A DNA stretch of 64,000 bases. Source: a virus (lineage: Duplodnaviria; Heunggongvirae; Uroviricota; Caudoviricetes). The DNA is taken from the IMG/VR virus record IMGVR_UViG_3300035210_000151. One strand, written 5' to 3'. Positions 1 to 9,015 of this stretch are shown here, one piece after another. Under the pieces are notes generated by a model. It was not told the DNA's origin. It worked only from the letters and a program-made list of their open reading frames with translations, and did no database searches. How positions within the stretch are numbered: the first letter of the stretch is position 1; each line of letters begins with the position of its first letter. The translations under genes and the position numbers were made by a program.

Positions 1-2
1 AG

Positions 3-158
3 TTATTTCAAATGATTAAACTTGAAAGCATTGATAATCTTGATGTGATTAAGCAGATTACTGAGATCTTGCCTGAACTTAAAATTCCATCAGCCTATGA
101 TTTCAATTCTGATGACTTTAAACAGCGTTTACTCTTGGTTGAAATGTTTCAATATTAA
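3..158 (+). CDS. 3' end of orphan protein (partial), C-terminal M-x-x-phi tag family
   Basis: Manual translation ...EILPELKIPSAYDFNSDDFKQRLLLVEMFQY*, nearly identical to the tail of the next gene. Confidence 0.85.
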   Translation, partial: LFQMIKLESIDNLDVIKQITEILPELKIPSAYDFNSDDFKQRLLLVEMFQY

Positions 159-161
159 CAG

Positions 162-191
162 TTGACAAAAATTATAACCTTCTGATATAGT
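162..191 (+). promoter_or_regulatory. sigma70-like promoter
   Basis: TTGACA (162-167), 18 nt, TG-n-TATAGT (186-191). Confidence 0.65.
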
Positions 192-197
192 GTTTGT

Positions 198-345
198 GAT
201 GTCGCATGGTAGGTTTCTATGCTGTCCGACAGGTTGAGTAATTCCTTCCAGCCACGTTCAGTATCGACAAAAATAAAAGGCTCTTGGCTGTTTTCAAACA
301 CAAGCAATTTCTCTATCCTACAGGAGTTCTCGGACTCCTTTTTTC
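198..345 (+). ncRNA. candidate structured small RNA or attenuated leader
   Basis: Follows a promoter, GC-richer than flanks, stems TGTCG/CGACA, GCATGG/CTATGC, CAGCCA/TGGCTG; ends in AGGAGT-tctcgg-ACTCCT plus T run. Confidence 0.4.
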
Positions 346-371
346 TTTTCTACTTATTTAATGGAGTACAT

Positions 372-1136
372 ATGATAGTTTTAAGCATGTTAAAAAAAAT
401 ATTCATTATTGTTCTTACATGTTTTGTTATTATGTTCAAAGCCATTATTTTTCCTTTTTTTTACTTGAAGGTAAAAATTTTAAGATTAGACAAAATTAAA
501 CCCATAATCATTTCAACTTTAAATAAACTCTATGGCACCGATCTTACAATTTCTGATTATGGTTTTGATATTAGTCTTCTACCCAGTGCAACACTTAGCA
601 AAGAAGACGAATATTGTACGACATTAGCTATGTCAAGCAGTATAGAAAATGGTATTCGTTTTGGTTCTAACATATCTGAAAATAAAGTTTTGGGGGGTTA
701 TCCTGTCATACTTGAAATCAATCACTCGTTAAATAGATTGTCTAAATTTTTTCGCATAAAACAAATGGTTTACATGAATTTTAAAAAAGGTAAACTTGTT
801 CATATTCAATTAAGAATAGAACTTAATACAATATTACCTCCGCATACTAATCCACTTCATGTTAATTCTCGATCATTTATTTTAATAGAACTTACTCCAT
901 CTTTTGAATTAATTGATATACGAAAAGTCAGAATGGATAATGAATTTGATACTCGTAAAAAATCTTATACTGGCATGTCTGCAAACGATTTTTTTTATTT
1001 ACTCTATTTGAATGAGATTAAATATAATACTGTTGTTGTTGAATTACTCCCTGAACTTATTATACCTTCGGCATATGACTTTAATTCAGATGACTTTAAA
1101 CAGCGTCTTTTGTTAGTTGACATGATTGAATATTGA
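372..1136 (+). CDS. orphan protein with N-terminal hydrophobic segment, C-terminal tag family
   Basis: Start moved to ATG 372 (GGAG at 363-366); ends LLLVDMIEY. Confidence 0.8.
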   Translation: MIVLSMLKKIFIIVLTCFVIMFKAIIFPFFYLKVKILRLDKIKPIIISTLNKLYGTDLTISDYGFDISLLPSATLSKEDEYCTTLAMSSSIENGIRFGSNISENKVLGGYPVILEINHSLNRLSKFFRIKQMVYMNFKKGKLVHIQLRIELNTILPPHTNPLHVNSRSFILIELTPSFELIDIRKVRMDNEFDTRKKSYTGMSANDFFYLLYLNEIKYNTVVVELLPELIIPSAYDFNSDDFKQRLLLVDMIEY

Positions 1137-1140
1137 TTAG

Positions 1141-1166
1141 AAAAAAACCGCACTAGGCGGTTTGAT
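1141..1166. terminator. bidirectional intrinsic terminator
   Basis: AAACCGC-actag-GCGGTTT between convergent genes. Confidence 0.7.
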
Positions 1167-3368
1167 TTAAAGTGATAACACTTGTTTTTTTATTTCTGGT
1201 GTTTCTATTTTTCTTGTATCCCTTTTGAGTGAACTCAAATCATTAAATTGCACGTCTAACGATGTTGATAACGTTCCTGCTTTTAATTCTTGATGCATTT
1301 CACGGAATTTTAACAAATCAGTTTTCATTTTTTGAGCCATCTCAACCATCTCAGGTGTTTTCAAATGAGGATTGATTGCTTTATAATCCATTAACGCATC
1401 GTAAGATTCCTTCATCATTTTATGAATAGGGTTATTGGTTCCATTTGCTTTATACATGTCTACTAAATTTGAACGAAGGAACGGGTCATCCAAATCTTTC
1501 TGAGCAAGCTGTTTACTCATCTGAGCTATTGTGTAACATTTCGTTAAATCATTATTTCTTTCTACATATTGTCTAATTTTATTAAGTTCATCTTGTGATT
1601 GATGTTCTACACATTGATGACCTTCTGGAAACTTAGCTAATATCTCATTCATTTTTCCAACTTGTTCATATCTTTCTTTTAAATCTTTATGGCTTTCTAA
1701 TTTACCCGGTCTTGTAGCATATTGCATGGCTGCCAAACCTTGATCGATTAATGTTCTCTCATCTTTATTAGTTTGCACAAGATTTCTATATTCCCTAACC
1801 ATTTCATTGGCTTTATCCATGCTTTTTTCTAATATAATATCTTTGTTATCTAATTGAGATAAAGTCGTCGCCCATGATTTTATTTGTTGCATGTGTCCTT
1901 CAAACTTAGCAAGATCTCCACGATTTTTCAATTCATCTACACGACCACCATGAAGTTCCATAACTGTTTTTATCGCCACTAACTCTTGGTAGATATCGTT
2001 GCTTTTCGGGGCTTCTGTCTTCGTGGCTTTTTTACTGTTTGTAGGATCTACTGTTGCTTCAATTGCTTTTTTAGGAGCAGTATTGTTTGTTGTGTCTTGA
2101 ACCGTTTCTACTTTTTTCACTGCAGGTGTCACAACCTTTTGTTCTACCACTTGTGTGACAGAATTTTCGATATTCTCTATGTTAGGTTTTTTAGCTACCA
2201 AACCTTTAATTTTTTCTGATAATTGTTGAAATACACTTTTAGATGGCTCATTGGTAGTATCTGCAATGACCACTGCAGGTGCTACTGCAACAGGTGCTTC
2301 TTTTTTAGCAAATGCATTTCTTAGACTATCACCCATTTTCTTGAAGAAACCATCATTAGCAGGAGCGTCTGCTTTACTTTCACTGGTTAACTCTCTATTG
2401 GTGCCTGTCATTGTTGTAATGGTGGCTCCATTGATAAAGTAACTATTGGAGTCTTCACGTAAAAATTTTACACGGTTTTTAATTTCTTTGATGTCATCAT
2501 TACTAAATTCAGATAATTTTAAAATCTCAGCTTTGTTTCTTTTATAGTTGTCCATGACACCTTTCATTTGTTCGGTGTAAGCAAAACTACCCTTATCAAA
2601 CTCTTCTCGGGTACCGTATTTCATATTGTCAGTACGTCTAATCATTTCTTCTATTAACGGAATGGCTTCTTTGTAATAATTTTTGTCTACATTTGATTTA
2701 ACAAAGGCTGAATGATGCGTTCTGTCACGGCTTGAAAATTGACGATCTAGGTTTGTAAGGGACTCTGTTAATTGTCTCATTGCTAACAATTCTTTAATCG
2801 CCAACTCTTTTGGGCCTGCTTTATCAAAAAAAGGTTTTAAATTAGGTTTTTCTTTGAGTGCTTTTGCTTGATCATAATATTCTTTATAAGCATCTTTGTT
2901 TTTTTCCAAAAAAGGTAATACTTCATTAAGCATAGAAATGGAATTTTCTGTTTGAGTATTACTGACTCGTTGATAACCATCAATGCCCTTTATACTGTCT
3001 AAAGTTTTTCTTATTGCTTTATCTTCAAGTCTTGCTATGAGTTCAGGATGGTCTTTTAATTCATTCTTGTAGAGCATTGCAAGCTTTTGACTTCTATAAA
3101 ATGTTGTATCAGAAGAACTTGTAAATTTTGCTTTTTGTTCTGGTGTGTTCCATGTGCTGGCATTACGAACACTGTGATACCTGATGATATCATCAACTAC
3201 TTCATCTATTTCTTGTTCTTTGTTAGGGCCAGTTGTTTTGGATAAGGCAATCAAAGCATTCACTTGAAATCCAAGTTGATTGTTGTTTACATGATTTGAA
3301 TACTTTACATAGGCTAGACTAGATTTATCGTTAACCATTTCGCTCGTGATTTTTGTTGTTTGTATCAT
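1167..3368 (-). CDS. large helical/coiled-coil hypothetical protein (733 aa)
   Basis: Long ORF, K/E/Q-rich with a central low-complexity T/A/K/P linker; no family recognised. Confidence 0.8.
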   Translation of the reverse strand: MIQTTKITSEMVNDKSSLAYVKYSNHVNNNQLGFQVNALIALSKTTGPNKEQEIDEVVDDIIRYHSVRNASTWNTPEQKAKFTSSSDTTFYRSQKLAMLYKNELKDHPELIARLEDKAIRKTLDSIKGIDGYQRVSNTQTENSISMLNEVLPFLEKNKDAYKEYYDQAKALKEKPNLKPFFDKAGPKELAIKELLAMRQLTESLTNLDRQFSSRDRTHHSAFVKSNVDKNYYKEAIPLIEEMIRRTDNMKYGTREEFDKGSFAYTEQMKGVMDNYKRNKAEILKLSEFSNDDIKEIKNRVKFLREDSNSYFINGATITTMTGTNRELTSESKADAPANDGFFKKMGDSLRNAFAKKEAPVAVAPAVVIADTTNEPSKSVFQQLSEKIKGLVAKKPNIENIENSVTQVVEQKVVTPAVKKVETVQDTTNNTAPKKAIEATVDPTNSKKATKTEAPKSNDIYQELVAIKTVMELHGGRVDELKNRGDLAKFEGHMQQIKSWATTLSQLDNKDIILEKSMDKANEMVREYRNLVQTNKDERTLIDQGLAAMQYATRPGKLESHKDLKERYEQVGKMNEILAKFPEGHQCVEHQSQDELNKIRQYVERNNDLTKCYTIAQMSKQLAQKDLDDPFLRSNLVDMYKANGTNNPIHKMMKESYDALMDYKAINPHLKTPEMVEMAQKMKTDLLKFREMHQELKAGTLSTSLDVQFNDLSSLKRDTRKIETPEIKKQVLSL

Positions 3369-3470
3369 TATATCATATTTTTATTAAATAATATTATTTT
3401 TGAATGAAAAATTCCTTGCCTAACTTTCTGCGTATTTTCTTTTGCTTTAACGCTTTAATTCATTAAATAC

Positions 3471-3499
3471 TTGACTTAACTTAGTAAATAATCTATTAT
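3471..3499 (+). promoter_or_regulatory. sigma70-like promoter of gatCAB
   Basis: TTGACT-17 nt-TATTAT. Confidence 0.6.
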
Positions 3500-3526
3500 A
3501 CAAGCTTCAAATAAAGGGAATGTACC

Positions 3527-3808
3527 ATGACCAAACATATAGATATTGAAAAACTTGAGGCTCTTAGTTGCCTTAAAATTGATGATTCAAAAAAATCTAG
3601 CATGATTAATGACATTAATGGTGTTGTTGATATGCTTCATTCTATCGACCAGATTAATGTTGTGTCCATTCCTGAAAATCATAATAAACCTACTCAGCTT
3701 GCTAATGATGTGGTTAATGGTGAATATTGCTTTGATAAAACCAAAGAAAGCCAATCCGTTAACATTCAAGATGGTGTGTTCTTAGCACCCAAAGTAATCA
3801 GCAAATAA
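3527..3808 (+). CDS. gatC: Asp-tRNA(Asn)/Glu-tRNA(Gln) amidotransferase subunit C
   Basis: 93 aa directly before gatA; IEKLEALSCLKI start and GVFLAPKVI end match the GatC pattern. Confidence 0.85.
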   Translation: MTKHIDIEKLEALSCLKIDDSKKSSMINDINGVVDMLHSIDQINVVSIPENHNKPTQLANDVVNGEYCFDKTKESQSVNIQDGVFLAPKVISK

Positions 3809-3820
3809 TTAGAGGACATT

Positions 3821-5275
3821 ATGATGAGTATTAAATTAAAAACAAAAGAATGCCTTGAAACTAAAGGTTATTGGGCTAAACGCACTGAACAACTTAAAAA
3901 ACAAATTAAAACTGACACAACAGGTGCTTTCTGGCATGTTGATGAAACGATTGCTGCTATGGAAAAAGAAGCTACTGTTCGTGATGAAATGGTTAAAGAC
4001 CCTTCCAAACCATTGGCCGGGGCGGCTGTGGGTGTCAAAGATCTCTTTTGTGTCAAAGGTATGAAGACCACTGCAGGTTCGAAAATCCTTGATGGTTTTG
4101 TTGCTCCCTATGACAGTACTGTATGGAAGTCTGTGAAAGATGCCGGTGGTTTTATGGCAGGCAAGTTGGCAATGGATGAATTCGCTATGGGTTCGTTCAC
4201 TAAAACATCTTATCTGGGTAAAACGTCTGTTCCGGGTCATCTAGATCGTTCTGCTGGTGGTTCGTCAGGTGGTTCAGCCGCAGCAGTAGCATCAGGTATT
4301 GTAGATTTCAGTTTGGGTTCAGATACTGGCGGCTCCGTCCGTCTCCCAGCCAGCTTTTGTGGTGTAGTTGGTTATAAGCCATCTTATGGTGCTTTCTCAC
4401 GTTTTGGCATGATCCCCTATGCTTCGTCACTTGATCAAGCAGGTTTCTTTACTAGATCGATGGATGATTTACAAACCGTGATTAGTAGTCAGCTTTCTTT
4501 TAAAGATAAACAAGACATGACTTCCGTAGGTTTGGGGCGTTATGAAAGGTCAGCCAATAAAATTACTCGAGTAGGCTATTTTAAAAATATTCTTGAGAGC
4601 ACTGATATTCAACCAGAAGTCGCTCAAGCTTATGAAGAGACGTTGCAAGACATTGAAATGTCCGGTGTTGAATTGGTGCCTATTGATATTGATTTTATGG
4701 ATCAGGCTGCTCAAATCTATTACATCATTGCCTGTTCGGAGGCTAGCTCCAACCTTGCTCGCTATCAAGGCGTTTACTTTGGTGAAAAGCTTTCAAAAGA
4801 ACCATTAGGTGAATCATTTGCAGATACTATTTCAGCTTATCGTAGCAAGTTCTTTGGTGATGAAGTTCAACGCCGTATTATGTTGGGTTCGTTTATTCTG
4901 AGTGCTGAAAATTTCACCGAGATGTATGAAAAGTCTTGGAACATGCGAAAAGCTTTGACCGCCAGCATTCACTCTGTATTAGAAAGTGTAGATACTATTG
5001 TATTGCCAGTCAGCCCAACAGTTGCACCAAAGTGGGATGATATTGATAAGATGAGTCCAGCTCAAGTATATTATTCTGATTATATGACCGTGCCATTTAG
5101 TCTTGCTGGCGTTCCGGCACTTTCCGTGCCTTGGAAACAAAACAATGATGGACTTCATATTGGTATGCAGTTTGTGGGTAAAAAATTTAAAGATTACGAG
5201 TTGATTGATTCCGTATCACGACTTGAAGTTGAGACTTATGGATATTATGTTAAAGGAAAAGGGGTTAAATCATGA
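3821..5275 (+). CDS. gatA: amidotransferase subunit A (amidase signature)
   Basis: VKDLF, MDEFAMGS, GGSSGGSAAAVA, GSDTGGSVRLPASFCG, EASSNLARY, EVQRRIMLG. Confidence 0.95.
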   Translation: MMSIKLKTKECLETKGYWAKRTEQLKKQIKTDTTGAFWHVDETIAAMEKEATVRDEMVKDPSKPLAGAAVGVKDLFCVKGMKTTAGSKILDGFVAPYDSTVWKSVKDAGGFMAGKLAMDEFAMGSFTKTSYLGKTSVPGHLDRSAGGSSGGSAAAVASGIVDFSLGSDTGGSVRLPASFCGVVGYKPSYGAFSRFGMIPYASSLDQAGFFTRSMDDLQTVISSQLSFKDKQDMTSVGLGRYERSANKITRVGYFKNILESTDIQPEVAQAYEETLQDIEMSGVELVPIDIDFMDQAAQIYYIIACSEASSNLARYQGVYFGEKLSKEPLGESFADTISAYRSKFFGDEVQRRIMLGSFILSAENFTEMYEKSWNMRKALTASIHSVLESVDTIVLPVSPTVAPKWDDIDKMSPAQVYYSDYMTVPFSLAGVPALSVPWKQNNDGLHIGMQFVGKKFKDYELIDSVSRLEVETYGYYVKGKGVKS

Positions 5276-6669
5276 GCGAATATAAAATAACTATCGGTTT
5301 GGAAGTTCACGTTGCTTTAAAAACGGATTCCAAACTATTTAGCCGAAGTGCTTGTGATTTCGATGCACAAGAGTTTTCTTATTTTGACGCAGGTATTCCG
5401 GGTATGCTTCCCGTTTTGTCGGAGAAACCTGTTGAAATGGCATTGAAGTTTGCAGTCGCTGTGAATGCTGAAATTCCACCTGTCAGCTATTTTGAACGTA
5501 AACACTATTTCTATCCTGATTTGGCATTAGGTTATCAAATTACACAACAACATCGCCCTATTATGATTGGTGGTATTGTTCCGATTGAGCTTGATGGTAA
5601 GAAAATCAACGTTCAAATTGAACATGCTCACTTAGAATGTGATGCCGCTAAAAGTTTGCATGACCGATTTGCTGATTACACAGCGATTGATTTGTCTCGT
5701 GGATCTTCACCATTGCTTGAAATTGTATCAACGCCTTGCCTTCACAGTCCGAGAGAAGCGAAACTCTATGCTCAAACGGTTTGTGAAATGGTTAAGTATT
5801 TGGGCATTTGCGACGGCAAATTAGAAGAAGGCTCATTTCGTGTTGACGCCAGTATTTCTCTGTCAAAAACAGACGTTTTAGGCACTCGTGTAGAGATTAA
5901 GAACATTTCTTCATTTGGTTTCTTACAAGCAGCTTTGGAATATGAGATCGAACGTCAGACTGAACTGTTGGATTCAGGTCAATTGATTGATATGGAAACT
6001 CGTTTGTTCGATGAATCAACGACTACGACTCATTCTATGCGTAAGAAAGAAACGGTTCATGAATATCGTTATATGCCAGACCCTGATATTCCAGCGATTG
6101 TTCTTGATCAGGATATGTTGAAAGCCATTCGTGAAGACAAACACATCTACTACTTTGAAGTTCGTCAACAGTTTGTAGAATTCTTTGAAAAGTTTGAAGT
6201 CAAGATTGAAAGTGTCCCTGCTTTACTGGAAGGCGAGTATCGTGATATTTGGTTGGCGATGTTGGATGACGAATCCATGCAATCAGAACGATTTATTCGC
6301 ATGTTAGCGTTTTGGTTGCCAGAAGCTTTTGCTCGTATTGAAGGTGAAAAGCGTTCCATTGATATAGAAACGATTAAATTCTTGGTAGGCAGTAAGTTGG
6401 AAGCCAAAGAAGTTAAAGAAACCGTCATTCGTTGGGCGATCAGTTCTGCAGATATTCAAACTTGCTTACCTGAGTTAATGTCTGATGATGATTTGAAAGC
6501 TATGATTTTAGAAACCTTTGCTGAGTTCTCTCAACAGGTCGATCAATATAAATCAGGACAGGAAAAGGTTCTTCAATTCATTATTGGTAAAATTATGGCA
6601 AAAACCAAAGGTAAAGCTCCTGCAACGTTGGTTAGAGAACGTGCCACAGAGCTTATCAAGACTGTTTAA
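5272..6669 (+). CDS. gatB: amidotransferase subunit B
   Basis: IGLEVH, RKHYFYPDL, PLLEIVS, EEGSFRVD, RVEIKN, YRYMPDPD, C-terminal YqeY-like region. Confidence 0.95.
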   Translation: MSEYKITIGLEVHVALKTDSKLFSRSACDFDAQEFSYFDAGIPGMLPVLSEKPVEMALKFAVAVNAEIPPVSYFERKHYFYPDLALGYQITQQHRPIMIGGIVPIELDGKKINVQIEHAHLECDAAKSLHDRFADYTAIDLSRGSSPLLEIVSTPCLHSPREAKLYAQTVCEMVKYLGICDGKLEEGSFRVDASISLSKTDVLGTRVEIKNISSFGFLQAALEYEIERQTELLDSGQLIDMETRLFDESTTTTHSMRKKETVHEYRYMPDPDIPAIVLDQDMLKAIREDKHIYYFEVRQQFVEFFEKFEVKIESVPALLEGEYRDIWLAMLDDESMQSERFIRMLAFWLPEAFARIEGEKRSIDIETIKFLVGSKLEAKEVKETVIRWAISSADIQTCLPELMSDDDLKAMILETFAEFSQQVDQYKSGQEKVLQFIIGKIMAKTKGKAPATLVRERATELIKTV

Positions 6670-6688
6670 TGTGACTCTCTAAGTAAAT

Positions 6689-6714
6689 AGCAGCCAATCA
6701 TGGCTGCTTTTTTT
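6689..6714 (+). terminator. intrinsic terminator after gatB
   Basis: AGCAGCCA-atca-TGGCTGCT plus T run. Confidence 0.8.
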
Positions 6715-6738
6715 ATGTCTAAATTTTTAGTATCACTA

Positions 6739-6761
6739 AATGCAATAGTGACTATTGCATT
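6739..6761. promoter_or_regulatory. perfect palindrome, possible operator
   Basis: AATGCAATAGT-G-ACTATTGCATT. Confidence 0.45.
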
Positions 6762-6945
6762 AAACTATAATTAAAATGATAGCTTGCTAAGTTGTTGTTT
6801 CTATGGCATTTTTTACTGATTGTTCCATATTTGTTGAAAGTCTTTTGCTTAAAATGCATATTGTTATTTTTCGTTATAGTGCTAATCTATGGATACGAAA
6901 TCATTCGAAAACAAACCAACAAATATATCAATTAGGAGATAAATC

Positions 6946-7149
6946 ATGAAAAAATTAACAGTGTTATTAATATCGGTTCTAGCTTTAGGTTCATCAGTTG
7001 CATTCGCAGAAGGTGGTGGTGACAGAACATTTGAAAGATCACAAGCTCATATGCAAGCAGCAATGGCTTCACAGAGTGCTCAGAATACTCAGTTAGCAAC
7101 ATCTGCACAAGTTGAAGCGACTAAGGTTGATACACAAGCACAAAAGTAA
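6946..7149 (+). CDS. small secreted protein, PtrA N-terminal-like
   Basis: Signal peptide ending AFA followed by EGGGDRTFER, recalled from Pseudomonas PtrA-family small proteins; strong RBS. Confidence 0.7.
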   Translation: MKKLTVLLISVLALGSSVAFAEGGGDRTFERSQAHMQAAMASQSAQNTQLATSAQVEATKVDTQAQK

Positions 7150-7274
7150 TGTGATGTAACAAAACTATATTTTTCTGTAATGTGCATAGATATGAGAGTT
7201 TATAATATATTACAATAATAATAAGGTATTCGTTGTAAATGTTGTAGATGTAAGTTGTAAAGTGGTAAAATTTT

Positions 7275-7301
7275 AAAGCTGCCTAGAGGTGGCTTTTTTT
7301 T
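7275..7301 (+). terminator. intrinsic terminator
   Basis: AAAGCTGCC-taga-GGTGGCTTT plus T run. Confidence 0.7.
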
Positions 7302-7358
7302 GTTGTTAATTTTCTCTAAATGATGTATAATAAGGCATAATTTTTAGAGGAACTACCT

Positions 7359-8102
7359 ATGCGATTTAACTATGACTACCCAGATTTTGTCAATGTCATT
7401 CGTAATAATCCAGAATTTTCTTTTTTAGCCGCTCCTGAAAGACTTTACCGTGACTCTGATCATGGTTGTTCGTGTTATGCTCGTATTCCGGGTGGTCGAG
7501 CTACTGTTTATTTCCATAACTTTGATTTGAATACGTCTTATCATGTTCAGTTTACAGTCATTGAACGTATGGTAACAGCATTTGACTTGTATAAACAGCC
7601 GGATTTAATTAAAGGGTATTTTGAAAATCACTTAAAAATGAAATTTAAACAAGAAGTCTATGATGCTATTCAGACAGGTTATGATGAATACTCTAAACAA
7701 ATTGAAAACTACATTAAATTTCGGGGTGGTAAATACCGAACGGTTCAATCAGTGAATATGCGAATTTGTTTTGATAAAGAGACTCATGAGTATTTGGGTT
7801 ATGCCATGAATATTCATACTCACTTGATTTATCATAAAAAGAAGGGTACTCTTAGTCCTATTATTCATTTTGATGTTAATGGACATAAAGATGAAATCAC
7901 GTATGAAGTTCGTTATCCATTCTTTACTGATCGTCAGATTTCACGAAAGGTGTACGTCAACAGTATTCCTGATGAGGCGTCTGTTATGCAGCATTGGGTG
8001 GCTCGTTGTAACGGTATGGATGAATCGAAGTTTGATGAGGCGATGGATGGTATAGATCGTATTGAAATGGCAGTAACGATTAGAGAGATGGTCGAAATTT
8101 AG
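7359..8102 (+). CDS. orphan protein, C-terminal tag family
   Basis: RBS GAGG; ends VTIREMVEI. Confidence 0.8.
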   Translation: MRFNYDYPDFVNVIRNNPEFSFLAAPERLYRDSDHGCSCYARIPGGRATVYFHNFDLNTSYHVQFTVIERMVTAFDLYKQPDLIKGYFENHLKMKFKQEVYDAIQTGYDEYSKQIENYIKFRGGKYRTVQSVNMRICFDKETHEYLGYAMNIHTHLIYHKKKGTLSPIIHFDVNGHKDEITYEVRYPFFTDRQISRKVYVNSIPDEASVMQHWVARCNGMDESKFDEAMDGIDRIEMAVTIREMVEI

Positions 8103-8113
8103 GAGGATTGATT

Positions 8114-8944
8114 ATGTTTTGGATAGTGCAGGGTAATTTAAAGACAGATGAAGGGCTTAATGCTTTGATGGAAGTGTTGCGTACAGAAGGTTATGCACAT
8201 TCCCTTGTGAAGACTATTCCTTTTTCAAATATTATTGTGGGTGTTGATGTGGATATCAACCAATTCAGTGAGGACGATGTTCCACGTCTTGAAATTTCAA
8301 ATGATAAACAAATGGTCACAATGGGATCTTACTCACTGGCATTGACCGCCAAAGAAAAAGGCTGGGTTCCGGGTTCATTTATTAATGAGAACTTCGAGTT
8401 TTCTAAATGGCTCTCAGGCTGGGGTAAAGATAACCTGTTGAATGGTGAAGCCATTGAGGACAGTGTAAAGAATATTATTCCTATGATTACTTCAGGACGC
8501 CATAAGGTGTTTGCTCGACCATCCGAAGACACTAAGTCTTTTGCAGGTCAGTTGTTTGAAGCGGATAATCTTATTTTCTGGTTGGGTCAAGTTGCCACTT
8601 CTGTTGACCGTTTTGGTTTAAATGGAGATACCAGTATTATTGTTTCTCCGGCCAAAAAGATCTTGGCTGAATATCGTTTGTTTGTGGTGGATGGTCAAAT
8701 TGTAACAGGTAGTCTTTACAAAGTGGGTGATCTTGTGACCACTTCGGATGTTATTGATCCAGTAGCCATTGAGTATGCGAATAAAATGTTAACCATTTGG
8801 CAACCTGATAGAGCGTTTGTTCTGGATATTGCCATTACCGATGATGGTCCTAAAATCATTGAAGTTAACAATATTAACTCATCTGGTTTTTATAAATCAG
8901 ACATTTCAAAGATTGTTTCAGCAATAGATAAAATGATTTTTTAA
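8114..8944 (+). CDS. ATP-grasp domain protein (R2K-like)
   Basis: FARPSEDTKSFAG, EYRLFVVDG, FVLDIA, KIIEVNNINSSGFY. Confidence 0.8.
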   Translation: MFWIVQGNLKTDEGLNALMEVLRTEGYAHSLVKTIPFSNIIVGVDVDINQFSEDDVPRLEISNDKQMVTMGSYSLALTAKEKGWVPGSFINENFEFSKWLSGWGKDNLLNGEAIEDSVKNIIPMITSGRHKVFARPSEDTKSFAGQLFEADNLIFWLGQVATSVDRFGLNGDTSIIVSPAKKILAEYRLFVVDGQIVTGSLYKVGDLVTTSDVIDPVAIEYANKMLTIWQPDRAFVLDIAITDDGPKIIEVNNINSSGFYKSDISKIVSAIDKMIF

Positions 8945-9015
8945 TAAAGTCTAATTGTGTTGATTAAACCCTCATATTTTGCTATAATGGCAGCTATAAA
9001 TATTGAGGGTTTTTT

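Noticed and set aside
219-371. N-terminal extension of ORF 219..1136
   Set aside because: No RBS at 219, the region contains a terminator hairpin, and ATG 372 has a GGAG RBS.
1986-6428. Short antisense or alternate-frame ORFs inside long genes (here and throughout the track)
   Set aside because: They overlap well-supported genes, lack RBSs and have no recognisable motifs.
7232-7268. GTTGTA repeats as a CRISPR array or iterons
   Set aside because: Units are 6-7 nt, imperfect and have no spacers.
8114-8944. ATP-grasp C-terminus AIDKMIF as a tag member
   Set aside because: Met is at -3 and this helix is a normal part of the enzyme fold; not counted.
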